DNA of 64,000 nucleotides from NCBI GenBank assembly GCA_038816475.1, contig JAWBAI010000003.1, positions 32,001 through 96,000 of the forward strand, read 5' to 3'. Within the stretch, counting starts at the first letter, position 1. Each line of letters begins with the position of its first letter. Origin of the DNA: Desulfurococcaceae archaeon. Its GTDB lineage: Archaea > Thermoproteota > Thermoprotei_A > Sulfolobales > Desulfurococcaceae. This document shows positions 30,621 to 41,043 of the stretch, piece by piece. The notes under the pieces were generated by a model, which searched no databases, was not told where the DNA came from, and saw nothing but the letters and a program-made list of their open reading frames with translations. Both the position numbers and the translations under genes were made by a program.

Positions 30621-31679
30621 TTGGGCTTAGGTTCGTTTATCGCGAGAAGAGTACTAACATTTGTACCAACTCTAATAGGTGTCCTACTGATAACCTACTT
30701 AATAGCTTACGTAATACCGGCTGACCCCGTTAGAGCCTGGGTCGGAGAAAAGTTAAGAAACCCAGAAGCACTCGAGCAAATAAGAATAAAGTACAAGTTT
30801 AACGCGCCATGGTACGAGCAGTTCGCGTTCCTTGTACATCAGCTACTGACAGGTCAATTAGAGGATCCAATAAGACTCAGAAATGTTTTTACAGAGATCA
30901 GTTCAAGATTTGTTGTTACAGTTGAAGTTGCTATTATAGGTTTTCTCTTTCTCATAACGATAGGTATACCCTTAGGGATCATCGCTGCCGTTAAAAAAGA
31001 TACGTATGTGGACTTCGCTGTAAGAATACTTGCTCTAGTTGGAAGTTCTTTACCATCATTCGTACTGTACTACTTCCTAATACTCTTGCTCTTTGTATAC
31101 CTAAGAACAACTTATTTAGCCGGTATACCTATGTATTCTAGAGAGTGCAGCGTTTTCTTATCTACTCTACCAAACTACATACCAATATTAGGTCACTTAG
31201 CCTCGATCGTAGGCTCTGTTCCAATGTTTGGTGCTATGATGTGCAACGAATGGGAGGTTGTAGTTGAAACATTTAAGAGACTATACTTGCCGGGGCTCGC
31301 TCTAGGCTTACTCAATGGTGGTTTCATAGCTAGAATAGTGAGAAACAGTTTATTGGATGCTCTGAGTGCCGAGTACGTATTGTTCGCTAAAGCACGCGGT
31401 CTCTCCAGGCTCTCTGTTTGGAAACACGCATTTAAAAACGCAATGGTTCCAGTAGTAACGGTGTTGGGGTTAAACTTCGGAGGATTACTCTCGGGTGCTA
31501 TTATAGCTGAAACGGTATTCAATATACCGGGTCTCGGAAGGTACATGTACGAGGCTATAACTAGATTAAACTTCCCAGTTATAATAGCTTGTACATTTGT
31601 TGTAGCAGTAATTTACGTGACGGTTAACCTCATTGTTGACATTCTATATGCTGTAATAGATCCTAGAATTAGGTATTAA
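30621..31679 (+). CDS. dppB: Peptide ABC permease (DppB/OppB family)
   Basis: PADP, ARIVR, AKARGL, HAFKNA, AETVFNIPGLG, DPRIRY. Confidence 0.9.
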   Translation: MGLGSFIARRVLTFVPTLIGVLLITYLIAYVIPADPVRAWVGEKLRNPEALEQIRIKYKFNAPWYEQFAFLVHQLLTGQLEDPIRLRNVFTEISSRFVVTVEVAIIGFLFLITIGIPLGIIAAVKKDTYVDFAVRILALVGSSLPSFVLYYFLILLLFVYLRTTYLAGIPMYSRECSVFLSTLPNYIPILGHLASIVGSVPMFGAMMCNEWEVVVETFKRLYLPGLALGLLNGGFIARIVRNSLLDALSAEYVLFAKARGLSRLSVWKHAFKNAMVPVVTVLGLNFGGLLSGAIIAETVFNIPGLGRYMYEAITRLNFPVIIACTFVVAVIYVTVNLIVDILYAVIDPRIRY

Positions 31680-31697
31680 GGTGGTGAAGGAGAACCT

Positions 31698-32804
31698 ATG
31701 AGAGCTATTTACATAGCTCTTAAGAAAGCTATATGGGCATACGCAAGGTTTAGAGAAAAAATTTCTCCAGGCTGGGTACAGAGGAACTCGTCTAAGATTA
31801 AAGAATGGGAGCTTATGGCATATGCTTTTAGCAAGTCAAAGATAGGTGTAGTAGGAGGTATCATTGTCTTTATAAACTTTATGATAGCGCTTGTGGGACC
31901 ATTCGTATCATGGGAACCCTATTGGGAGTATAAGACCGTACATGATCTAAGCTTAATGTATCATCCCCCGTGTATTCCACCATCCTGTAAGGAATACCCC
32001 TTGCTTGGTACTGATGAATGGGGTAGAGATATAATCGCAATGTCGCTTTATGGTTTCAGAATATCCTTTGTTATATCCGTGGTAGTAGTGCTTTTGGGTG
32101 CACCCCTTGGAATATTGCTTGGACTAATTGCAGGTTACAAGGGTGGCATTGTAGATGAGGTTATCATGAGAATAACCGATATATTCCTTGCATTTCCCGG
32201 TTTAGTACTCGCAATAGCATTCGCTTCTATACTACCGCAAAGAATAAGAGGAATGCTAGAAGAAACCCCTCCGCTCAGAGCGTTCTTCTCAGCACTATAT
32301 GGTTTAAGGGAATTAGAGTACGGTCAGCTGGCATCTTTGTTATCTATTTGGTTTGCAATGGTGCTTGTATGGTGGCCTGCGTATGCTAGAATAGTACGTG
32401 GAAATGTTCTATCAGTTAGAGAAATGCCATTCGTGGAAGCGGCAAAGCTATCCGGTCTCTCTACCTGGAGCATACTCTTTAAGCACATACTACCAAACGT
32501 CTTATCACCAGTAATCGTCATGATGACGTTCGACCTTGCTACAGCAACGCTTTTCGCAGCTTCGCTTTCATTTCTGGGACTTGGTCCACAAGATCCTGTA
32601 CCAGAGCTGGGTTTCATGATATCCAAGGCAGGAGCATACTTCCCCGAGAGAAGCTGGCATGTGGTAGTTTACCTAGGAACAATACTACTAATGTTGGCTT
32701 TAGGGTGGAACCTTCTCGGAGATGCTTTAAGAGATATTTTGGATCCAAGAACTAGAAGAGCCATTGAATACAAACTAGAAGAGAAAGAAAAAAGTAGGAG
32801 GTAA
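31698..32804 (+). CDS. dppC: Peptide ABC permease (DppC/OppC family)
   Basis: LGTDEWGRD, FVEAAK, HILPN, LSFLGLG, GDALRD. Confidence 0.9.
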   Translation: MRAIYIALKKAIWAYARFREKISPGWVQRNSSKIKEWELMAYAFSKSKIGVVGGIIVFINFMIALVGPFVSWEPYWEYKTVHDLSLMYHPPCIPPSCKEYPLLGTDEWGRDIIAMSLYGFRISFVISVVVVLLGAPLGILLGLIAGYKGGIVDEVIMRITDIFLAFPGLVLAIAFASILPQRIRGMLEETPPLRAFFSALYGLRELEYGQLASLLSIWFAMVLVWWPAYARIVRGNVLSVREMPFVEAAKLSGLSTWSILFKHILPNVLSPVIVMMTFDLATATLFAASLSFLGLGPQDPVPELGFMISKAGAYFPERSWHVVVYLGTILLMLALGWNLLGDALRDILDPRTRRAIEYKLEEKEKSRR

Positions 32805-32812
32805 CAACACTC

Positions 32813-33826
32813 ATGGAGTTCGAGACCCTGAAAATGCCGGAGGACGAAGTATTAAGAGTTGAAGATCTAGAAGTTAAATTCTACACCTATATGGGAGTCG
32901 TGCACGCCGTATCCAAGGTTTCATTTAATGTTAGAAAAGCTGAAACGATTGCTCTTGTTGGTGAAACAGGTTGTGGTAAAACTGTAACAACAAGAGCCAT
33001 TACAAGACTCATTGAATCACCGGGTAGAATAGAAAATGGAAAGGTTCTCTTTAGACGTAGAGATGGTAGAGTAGTTGATCTGCTAAGAATAGATGACAAG
33101 AAATTACGTGAAATCAGAGGGAACGAGATAGCATATGTGTTTCAAGACCCCACGTCAGCTCTTGACCCGCTCTACACTATTGGATACCATATATATGAAA
33201 CCATTAAAGCACACAAACCAAATGTTACTAAGAAAAGCGCGTTAAAATACGCTATAAACTTACTAAGGCAAGTTTTAATACCAAGTCCCGAGTTGAGAAT
33301 CAAGAACTATCCTCATGAAATGTCCGGTGGTATGAGACAGAGAAGTGTAATAGCTATAAGTTTATCGAACACACCTAAGCTATTAATTGCTGATGAACCA
33401 ACGACAAACCTGGATGTAACACTTCAAGCACAAATACTAAGCTTGCTTAAAAATCTCCAAGAAGAGTACAAGATGAGTTTAATACTGATAACGCACAATC
33501 TCGGGGTAGTAGCAGAGATAGCGGATAGAGCATACGTAATGTACGCAGGTAAAATAGTCGAAGAAGGCCGCGTAGAGCAACTCTTTTACAACCCTCAACA
33601 TCCTTACACAAAATTATTGCTGAGATCTGTTCCTAATCCTTTAAAGAAAATCGAGAAACTGGAGTCTATACCTGGAGTAGTACCTTCGTTGATAAACCCA
33701 CCACCTGGTTGTAGATTTCATCCGCGTTGTCCCTATGCAATGGAGATATGCGGCAAGCGGGAACCACCAATGTTTAACGTAGAAGAGCAACATAGAGCAG
33801 CATGTTGGCTCTTGGATAAAAGGTGA
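32813..33826 (+). CDS. dppD: Peptide ABC ATPase (DppD/OppD)
   Basis: GETGCGKT, MSGGMRQR, IADEPT, HPY, GCRFHPRC. Confidence 0.92.
   Translation: MEFETLKMPEDEVLRVEDLEVKFYTYMGVVHAVSKVSFNVRKAETIALVGETGCGKTVTTRAITRLIESPGRIENGKVLFRRRDGRVVDLLRIDDKKLREIRGNEIAYVFQDPTSALDPLYTIGYHIYETIKAHKPNVTKKSALKYAINLLRQVLIPSPELRIKNYPHEMSGGMRQRSVIAISLSNTPKLLIADEPTTNLDVTLQAQILSLLKNLQEEYKMSLILITHNLGVVAEIADRAYVMYAGKIVEEGRVEQLFYNPQHPYTKLLLRSVPNPLKKIEKLESIPGVVPSLINPPPGCRFHPRCPYAMEICGKREPPMFNVEEQHRAACWLLDKR
33695..33750 (+). repeat. 56-nt direct repeat, copy 1 (in dppD)
   Basis: AACCCACCACCTGGTTGTAGATTTCATCCGCGTTGTCCCTA(T)GCAATGGAGATATG; 55/56 identical to 34670-34725. Confidence 0.9.
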
Positions 33827-33832
33827 AAGGGC

Positions 33833-34807
33833 TTGTCAAAGGAAGTACTACTTGAGGTTATAGACTTAAAGAAGTACTTCAGAGTAAGAGGATCTTTAAC
33901 AAAGAAAGTGAAAGCTGTAGATGGAGTAACGCTTAACATTAAACGTGGAGAAACACTAGGAGTAGTTGGCGAAAGTGGATGTGGGAAAACAACCCTAGGT
34001 AGACTCATCCTTAGACTAATCGATCCAACTTCGGGTAAAATACTATTCGAGGGTAGAGATGTATCAAAGGTTAAAGGTAAAGCTCTAAGGGAGTACTGGA
34101 GGAATGCTCAAATGGTATTCCAAGATCCTCATACAAGCTTGAACCCGAGAATGACGATTGCTAGCATACTTTTAGAGCCTGTTAGATATCATAAGCTAGA
34201 TGTAGGGGATGAGGAAGAGTTTCTCGTTAAACAAATGGAGCTTGTAGGGCTCGGACGAGAACATCTGTATAGGTATCCTCATGAACTATCAGGTGGGCAA
34301 AAGCAACGTGTTGCGATCCTAAGAGCTATAATTACAAGACCTAAATTCATAGTACTCGATGAACCAACATCCTCACTAGATGTATCTGTTCAAGCACAGA
34401 TTCTGGAGTTGTTAAAAGATCTTCAAAAGAAGTTCAACTTAACGTATCTATTCATATCACACGATATTGCAGTGGTGAAGTACATGAGTAATAGAATGGC
34501 TGTAATGTACCTCGGGAAAATAGTCGAGATAGGTCCATCTGACGTGGTTTTCGAAAACCCACATCACCCCTACTCAAAGTTCCTACTTGCAGCAGTACCT
34601 GTACCTGACCCCGAAGTGGCTAGAAGTAAAGAAAGACTGCTTATAAAGGGAGAACCTCCATCACCTGTGAACCCACCACCTGGTTGTAGATTTCATCCGC
34701 GTTGTCCCTACGCAATGGAGATATGTAGTAAGCAGGAACCGCCTGCTATTGAAATTGGTAATAATCACGTTGTTTACTGCTGGCTTTACACTAAAAGAGG
34801 CTCATGA
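33833..34807 (+). CDS. dppF: Peptide ABC ATPase (DppF/OppF)
   Basis: KAVDGV, GESGCGKT, LSGGQKQR, LDEPTS, GCRFHPRC. Confidence 0.92.
   Translation: MSKEVLLEVIDLKKYFRVRGSLTKKVKAVDGVTLNIKRGETLGVVGESGCGKTTLGRLILRLIDPTSGKILFEGRDVSKVKGKALREYWRNAQMVFQDPHTSLNPRMTIASILLEPVRYHKLDVGDEEEFLVKQMELVGLGREHLYRYPHELSGGQKQRVAILRAIITRPKFIVLDEPTSSLDVSVQAQILELLKDLQKKFNLTYLFISHDIAVVKYMSNRMAVMYLGKIVEIGPSDVVFENPHHPYSKFLLAAVPVPDPEVARSKERLLIKGEPPSPVNPPPGCRFHPRCPYAMEICSKQEPPAIEIGNNHVVYCWLYTKRGS
34670..34725 (+). repeat. 56-nt direct repeat, copy 2 (in dppF)
   Basis: Same as 33695-33750 except one synonymous T/C. Confidence 0.9.
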
Positions 34808-35133
34808 TATTTTCGACGCTTCCTTAGAATTCCCATGAATTCCTAATTAATTATTTAATCCTGGATTAACTGATTATTATTTTATGTTACGACAGGGCCA
34901 ACCTCCCTCCTTTATGAAGTGCTTACACTTACATGTAGCTCGCGCACCATCAAGAAACAACTAGCAATCTCAACTGAATAAACAACAATAGAACATAGAA
35001 CTTTTTACTAGTATTAATCATTGTACTTTTGACCGATTTAAATTTGTTATCAACGTACAGGAACAATTAAGGTTGTAAGGCATCAGTTATGGGTTCTTTT
35101 TAGCTTAAAAGCTGATTATTTTTAACTTTGGAT

Positions 35134-36393
35134 TCAAGCTTTTAATGCAAGGTATGCCATTACCTTGGCATCGTTAACTAAGTTGTCTATTTTGCAATAC
35201 TCGTTAGGCATGTGTGCTGTTTCATCTATAGTTGACCAAACAGCAGTTGGTATACCGACTCTTCTAAATAAAGCAGCTACAGTACCACCACCAATACCTC
35301 CAATTCGCGGTTCGATACCTCTCAGTACTTTCAAAGCTTCCAATAGAACCTTGACAATAGGCGAATCTGCAGATGTTGGTGGTGCGGCATCCGATCTCTC
35401 TAAGACCTCGTACTCGAGAACAGGGTAAATTCTCTCCTCGAACTTCTTCCTATAAACAATTCGTAGTCCCGCGAACATTCCAAGCATATCTTCTATCAGA
35501 TCATCGACACTATATTCCGGTAGAACACGACAATCTATTACGACTTCGTGCTCGCTCGGGACAATATTCGGAGAACCACTGGAGTTCTTAACCATAGTAG
35601 GTTCGCAGGTCGTTGTCGGTGGATCAAACATTAAGTTTACCTTGCCATACTTTTCTTTTATTAACTTATCCAATAATACTATGTATTCAGCCGCTATTTT
35701 ATGAGCATTAAGGCCCCTGTGTGGTACGCTTGCATGTACCTGTAGTCCTTTAAATTTTAATTTAATCCATAGTATGGATTTTTCAGCTACTTCAATGAAG
35801 TCACCATTACTAGAACCAGCATCGGGTACTAATGCTAGATCTTTTGGGTTAAACAACTCTGAATAGTTTTTAATTAAATACTCAAGACCAAACTTAGAGC
35901 CGGCTTCTTCATCACTTACAAACGCTAAAACAAGTGTTCTTCGAGGTTTTACACCTTCTTCTAAAAGAGCCTTAGCTACGATCAACGATGCTACTAAAGC
36001 TTGCCCATTATCTTCGCTACCTCTACCGTAAACTTTTCCATTAAGAAATACCGGTTCAAATGGCTTAGTGATAGTCCAAGCAGAAACATCTCCAGGTGGT
36101 ACGACATCAAGATGTGTTAGAATCCACAGCTTATCTTCAACTTCACCTTTAATTAAGGCTAATATGTTAGGTCGTACATTACCTTTAGCCCTCGGGTCTG
36201 GCACATTGATTACTTTTACATCCGTAAAGCCCCAGTCTTTTATCTCATCTAAAATGAACGTGGCTTTGTCGTATTCACCGTCACCACCAAATGCAGGATT
36301 AACCCCTTGTCTCTTGATAATCTCCATGAGAAGTTTTACTGCGTAATCTCTCAAAAGGTCTATTCTCTCTAAAACGCGCTTAAGCACAGACAT
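35134..36393 (-). CDS. M20 family metallo-amidohydrolase (ArgE/DapE-like)
   Basis: HLDVVP, GRGSEDNG, SDEEAG, H.PNE. Confidence 0.9.
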   Translation of the reverse strand: MSVLKRVLERIDLLRDYAVKLLMEIIKRQGVNPAFGGDGEYDKATFILDEIKDWGFTDVKVINVPDPRAKGNVRPNILALIKGEVEDKLWILTHLDVVPPGDVSAWTITKPFEPVFLNGKVYGRGSEDNGQALVASLIVAKALLEEGVKPRRTLVLAFVSDEEAGSKFGLEYLIKNYSELFNPKDLALVPDAGSSNGDFIEVAEKSILWIKLKFKGLQVHASVPHRGLNAHKIAAEYIVLLDKLIKEKYGKVNLMFDPPTTTCEPTMVKNSSGSPNIVPSEHEVVIDCRVLPEYSVDDLIEDMLGMFAGLRIVYRKKFEERIYPVLEYEVLERSDAAPPTSADSPIVKVLLEALKVLRGIEPRIGGIGGGTVAALFRRVGIPTAVWSTIDETAHMPNEYCKIDNLVNDAKVMAYLALKA

Positions 36394-36439
36394 TCTAAAC
36401 GCCTAGGAATAATCTATGAGTCAGTCATGTATATATCTT

Positions 36440-37162
36440 CTAGATCATGTTAAGATTTTGCAGTCGAGGTGATTTTATTTTACGATGTTTTAAGCTTAGT
36501 TTTAAAAGAGATTCTGCAACTTTCAATGTTACAAGTGTAGGGTCTATTACTGGAATACCTACAACTTTACTTATAGTGTTCGCCAACCCTATAAATCCAC
36601 TACACCCCAGTACAACAACATCTACCTCATGTTCCTTTACGGCTTTTTCAATTTCTTTAGTAAGTAAGCTTGTAATTCTTTCAATGTTTTTTCTTATCTC
36701 CAATATAGGTATTTCTATTCCTGATATGTAAACTACGCGTTTCTCGATACCTAGCTGAGCAACTCTGCGCTTATACAATGTAGACCACTCTCTCCCGGCC
36801 GAAATTATGCCAATTTTATAACCCAAGAGTAACGCTATTGCTAGCGACGTTTCGCCAATACCAAAAACCGGTATGTCTGATACTTCTCGCGAACCCTCTA
36901 ACCCAGGGTCGTCAAAACAGTTTATGATAACGCCATGGAACCCTTCTTTGTCAGCCTTCACCACTTCTTTAATAACCAGTGGCGCAACCAGCTCTTTTTC
37001 ATATTCGGTCTCTATATAAGGTGGTGCTCCAGGTATGTTCCTTACCACAACCTCTACGTCAAATGAGAGAACTTGTTTAGCGTAACTTAGAGTAAGCTCA
37101 TTCCATATATCCACACCTACTGGGTTTATAATAAGCAACTTCACCTTCAAGCTCATAACCAT
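36440..37162 (-). CDS. Asp/Glu/hydantoin racemase family protein (copy 1)
   Basis: INP, INCFDDPG, LGCSG (two catalytic Cys), PVIDP. Confidence 0.9.
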   Translation of the reverse strand: MVMSLKVKLLIINPVGVDIWNELTLSYAKQVLSFDVEVVVRNIPGAPPYIETEYEKELVAPLVIKEVVKADKEGFHGVIINCFDDPGLEGSREVSDIPVFGIGETSLAIALLLGYKIGIISAGREWSTLYKRRVAQLGIEKRVVYISGIEIPILEIRKNIERITSLLTKEIEKAVKEHEVDVVVLGCSGFIGLANTISKVVGIPVIDPTLVTLKVAESLLKLSLKHRKIKSPRLQNLNMI

Positions 37163-37200
37163 GCGATTTGATAAACTTTCCTAACCTACATAACTCTAAA

Positions 37201-38160
37201 TTAGATGTAGAGCCAGCATGCTACAAGCCTATTTTTCACATTAACTAATAAAGGCTTTTTTTCATAGCAGATCTTAGTAGCATAGCGACATCTATGAGCT
37301 AGTTTACAACCGAGCGCTTCCGCATAAGCTTTATCCTCTTTTAACAATGAGTAATTGGTATGATAAGTTAAACCCTTGATAGGATCAGGGAACGACGCCA
37401 TTAGTGCTTGTGTATACGGATGAAGTGGTTCTTGAAAAACGGTGTCTACACTACCAACTTCCATAACGTTGCCGCGATACAATACTAGTATATTTTTAAC
37501 TATGTAGCGTACAATTGATAAATCGTGTGTTACTAGAAGATATGTCATGTTAAATTTCTCACGTAACTCCTGCAGAAGATTAATTATTTGCGCCTGTATG
37601 GATACGTCTAAAGCTGATGTTGGTTCATCAAGAAGAATGAGCTCGGGGTTTACAGCTAGAGCTCGAGCTAATGCAACACGTTGAGCCTGTCCTCCACTTA
37701 GGTTTGAAGGATACTGGTTCATGGTAGATAAAGGTAATCCTACTAATTCTAATAATTCACTTACTTTTTTCCTGATATCTTTTTCTTCGAGTTTTTGATG
37801 TTTTCTTATAGGTTCAGCCACGATGTCGAATACCTTCATCCGAGGATTAAGTGATTGGAATGGGTTCTGAAAAACAGCCTGAACACTCCTACGGTACCAG
37901 CTCTCTTCTTTTTTAGTCAACAAGAAAATATCCTTATTCTTAAAGAAAATTCTGCCCCGTGTGGGTTTTTCCAACTTAAGTATAGTCCTTAATATTGTTG
38001 TTTTACCCGAGCCTGTTTCGCCGACTAAGGCAAGACCATCATAACTATTTACCGCAAATGACACCCCATTCACGGCTTTTACGTATCCAATAACACGTCC
38101 GAAGAGACCTTTTTTAATAGGAAAATACACATGAAGGTCTTCAACTCTTAAGATCTCCAT
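37201..38160 (-). CDS. Dpp/Opp-family ABC ATPase (F-type)
   Basis: KAVNGVS, GETGSGKT, LSGGQAQR, LDEPTS; ATG 38160 overlaps the upstream TAA. Confidence 0.9.
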   Translation of the reverse strand: MEILRVEDLHVYFPIKKGLFGRVIGYVKAVNGVSFAVNSYDGLALVGETGSGKTTILRTILKLEKPTRGRIFFKNKDIFLLTKKEESWYRRSVQAVFQNPFQSLNPRMKVFDIVAEPIRKHQKLEEKDIRKKVSELLELVGLPLSTMNQYPSNLSGGQAQRVALARALAVNPELILLDEPTSALDVSIQAQIINLLQELREKFNMTYLLVTHDLSIVRYIVKNILVLYRGNVMEVGSVDTVFQEPLHPYTQALMASFPDPIKGLTYHTNYSLLKEDKAYAEALGCKLAHRCRYATKICYEKKPLLVNVKNRLVACWLYI

Positions 38161-39131
38161 TATGACCCCTGATACAAATGACATAGAACCATTCTTTTGT
38201 TGAAAGCTACACGTGGAGGTTTTTGTATTGCGCACACAGGTTTGTTACTATCGCATCTACTATGAAATGGACAGCCCTCGAAGTCTTTTCTAAGATCTGG
38301 AGGAGATCCTTGTATAGGTATTAGTGAACCATCAGTTGCACATAGCTTTGGCATAGCTCTTAGCAGTCCCTTTGTGTATGGATGTAATGGACTTTTTAAG
38401 ACTTCTTCGATGAAGCCTTCCTCTACAATCGTTCCAGCGTACATTACTGCAACTTTATCACACATATGCGCTGCAATACCAAAATTATGTGTTATCATTA
38501 TTAGGGTTAAATCATATTCTTTTTTAAGCGCTTTGATTAGGTTTAGTATCTCAGCTTGAGTAATTACATCTAGATTCGTCGTCGGCTCATCTGCTATAAG
38601 AACTTTAGGTTTCTTAGCTAATGCTAATGCTATTGAAGCTCTCTGTAACATTCCACCTGATAGTTCGTGTGGGTACGAATTTAAAACACGGTCTATTTCG
38701 ATAAGTCTAGCACTTTTAAGAGCTTCCTTAGATATTTCAATCGCTTCCTTTGGGGTTACTTTCAACACATCAATTAGCACGTCTATGAACTGCTGTTTTA
38801 TAGTGAAAAGTGGATTGAAAGCGGTGGCCGGATCTTGAAATACTACTCCAATTTCTCTTCTTATCTTAGATAATATGCTCGGATTATTATTTCGTAGTAC
38901 GTCAATGCCTTCGTATATTACAGAACCCCGCTCTACCACGGCATTTTTAGGTAAAATTAAAGCTAGTGCTTGTACTAGTGTTGATTTACCTGATCCAGAC
39001 TCGCCTACAATGCAAATAGCCTCACCACGCTCAATACGTAGATTCACACCTCTGAGAGCCTTGATCACCGCTCCAAAGGTGTAGTAATTAATTACGAGAT
39101 CTTGTATTGCTATGAAGGCATTATTCGCCAT
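38160..39131 (-). CDS. Dpp/Opp-family ABC ATPase (D-type)
   Basis: GESGSGKS, LSGGMLQR, IADEPT, GCPFHSRC. Confidence 0.9.
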   Translation of the reverse strand: MANNAFIAIQDLVINYYTFGAVIKALRGVNLRIERGEAICIVGESGSGKSTLVQALALILPKNAVVERGSVIYEGIDVLRNNNPSILSKIRREIGVVFQDPATAFNPLFTIKQQFIDVLIDVLKVTPKEAIEISKEALKSARLIEIDRVLNSYPHELSGGMLQRASIALALAKKPKVLIADEPTTNLDVITQAEILNLIKALKKEYDLTLIMITHNFGIAAHMCDKVAVMYAGTIVEEGFIEEVLKSPLHPYTKGLLRAMPKLCATDGSLIPIQGSPPDLRKDFEGCPFHSRCDSNKPVCAIQKPPRVAFNKRMVLCHLYQGS

Positions 39132-40009
39132 GAACGTCGCCTCTTTATGATCATGAGATTTCTAACTCTCGGATCCATGTATTCTTTTAGCGCATCACCA
39201 AGCAAGTTAAAGCCAAGCACGACTGTTAGTATAGCTAAACCGGGGAACAACGAAATCCACCATGCTATATTTATATACTGCCATCCTTCACTAACAAGTA
39301 AACCCCATTCGGGGATTGGTGGAGGAACACCTACACCTAGAAAGCTCAGAGCCGACGCTTCTAGTATAGCTGACCCTATATCCAATGTCGCCTGAGTAAC
39401 CACGGGGGTAATCACATTCGGAAAAATATGCTTGAACATTATGACTACAGGACTCACACCTATTATTTTAGCTGAGTCTACGTATGCAAGAGATTTTACC
39501 GATGTTGTTTGAATGTAAACTAACCTAGTATACCACGGCCACCAGGATAGTGCTAATGCAATAATCGTGTTTAAAACGCCTCTTCCAAGTATAGATGCAA
39601 ACGCTATTGCTAGAAGCAAGGGTGGAAAAGCTAAGAACATGTCTGCAATTCTCATTACTACGGTACCGACTTTGCCACCGAAGTAGCCTGCTACAAGACC
39701 TGTTGGTACACCTATTAGTAGTGCAATTACAACTACAGATACACCGATCACCAAGGAAAACCTAGTACCTAAAATTACTCGGTTAAGCAGATCTCTGCCT
39801 AGAGCGTCTGTTCCTAGAGGGTGCTCTAGCGAAGGAGGATTAAACTTTTTTTCCGGGTGGTAAGCTATCCCCCATGCATCTTCGGGCTTCGTTACAATAT
39901 AGGGAGCTAAAACTCCTACTATGATAAAGATAGCAACTATACTAAAACCCACTAAATAAATCCTTCTCAGTAGAATAAACCTTAAGAAATCCTTGAACCA
40001 CGCGTTCAT
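39110..40009 (-). CDS. Dpp/Opp-family ABC permease (C-type)
   Basis: HPLGTDALGRD, HIFPN, LSFLGVG, PEWG, GDALK. Confidence 0.9.
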   Translation of the reverse strand: MNAWFKDFLRFILLRRIYLVGFSIVAIFIIVGVLAPYIVTKPEDAWGIAYHPEKKFNPPSLEHPLGTDALGRDLLNRVILGTRFSLVIGVSVVVIALLIGVPTGLVAGYFGGKVGTVVMRIADMFLAFPPLLLAIAFASILGRGVLNTIIALALSWWPWYTRLVYIQTTSVKSLAYVDSAKIIGVSPVVIMFKHIFPNVITPVVTQATLDIGSAILEASALSFLGVGVPPPIPEWGLLVSEGWQYINIAWWISLFPGLAILTVVLGFNLLGDALKEYMDPRVRNLMIIKRRRSWRIMPS

Positions 40010-41028
40010 AGTTTCACTCTAGGATCTATCCAGGCATGAACAATGTCTACAACGAGGTTTATCGCGGAATAAAACAAAGCTACAAATACTATCGAACCAA
40101 GCACAGCCGGGTAATCATGGCTTAAAAGAGACATACCTGCGTAATAACCTACACCGGGCCACACGAACACGAGTTCGACCATGAAGGCACCTATAATGGT
40201 GTAACCAAAACTCAAACCTAGTGAAGCTATTACTGGTGAAATAACGTTCTTTAAAACGTATTTGTAAATGAGTTTACTTCTACTTATTCCGTTAGCTTCT
40301 AAAAATCTTACGAAGTTTTCATTTAAAACTTCAATTGCAATGGATCTAACCATTCTAATCGTGAGACTTAACGGATAAAGAGATACTGTGATTGCGGGTA
40401 AAGCTATTCTTCTAAGCACATCAACGAACACTATCATATTGCCTTGCAATAGCGAATCTAACAGGTAGAAACCTGTTATTGGTCTAAAACCTGTCGCTAG
40501 TACTAAAACAGTATCTATACGCTTACCGGCTGGCAGTATTTTTAGCCATATTCCAAAAACTAACTGTAAAATTAATGCGGTCCAAAAAACAGGCATGGAA
40601 GCTCCTACTATAGCAATGGTTCGGATTATGTCATCCTTTATGCTTCCAATTCTTAAAGCCGAGTAAAAGCCTAAGGGAATGCCTAAAACCATTGCTATAG
40701 TAAACCCTACTACGACCAATTCTAGAGTTGCAGGTAAAGCCGATAGTATGTCCTGAAGAACTTGTTGTCGCGTTCTCCAGGATACACCCCAGTTACCTTT
40801 AAAAAAGTTTTCTAAATAGTAAATTAGCTGAATATGTATTGGTTCATCTAAATGGAGCTCTCGTCTAGCTCTCTCGATAGCTTCTAGGGGGGCATGAGGT
40901 CCTGCCCATAAAATCTCTGGTCGTGCAGGTATGACACGAGTTAGAATAAACGTGATAATGAGGACTCCAAATACAACGAGTATAAGTGAAAAAAGTCTTT
41001 TCGTAATATATGAATATGTAACCGGCAT
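40006..41028 (-). CDS. Dpp/Opp-family ABC permease (B-type)
   Basis: GNWGVS, PATLEL, VELVFVWPGVG, DYP, DPRV. Confidence 0.9.
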   Translation of the reverse strand: MPVTYSYITKRLFSLILVVFGVLIITFILTRVIPARPEILWAGPHAPLEAIERARRELHLDEPIHIQLIYYLENFFKGNWGVSWRTRQQVLQDILSALPATLELVVVGFTIAMVLGIPLGFYSALRIGSIKDDIIRTIAIVGASMPVFWTALILQLVFGIWLKILPAGKRIDTVLVLATGFRPITGFYLLDSLLQGNMIVFVDVLRRIALPAITVSLYPLSLTIRMVRSIAIEVLNENFVRFLEANGISRSKLIYKYVLKNVISPVIASLGLSFGYTIIGAFMVELVFVWPGVGYYAGMSLLSHDYPAVLGSIVFVALFYSAINLVVDIVHAWIDPRVKL

Positions 41029-41043
41029 ACCTTAGTCAGCCAT

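Noticed and set aside
34808-35133. Searched for a duplicated tRNA-Arg 3' end (att site) and an integrase at the island's left edge
   Set aside because: No copy of the tRNA sequence and no recombinase ORF visible, so it was not called a mobile element.
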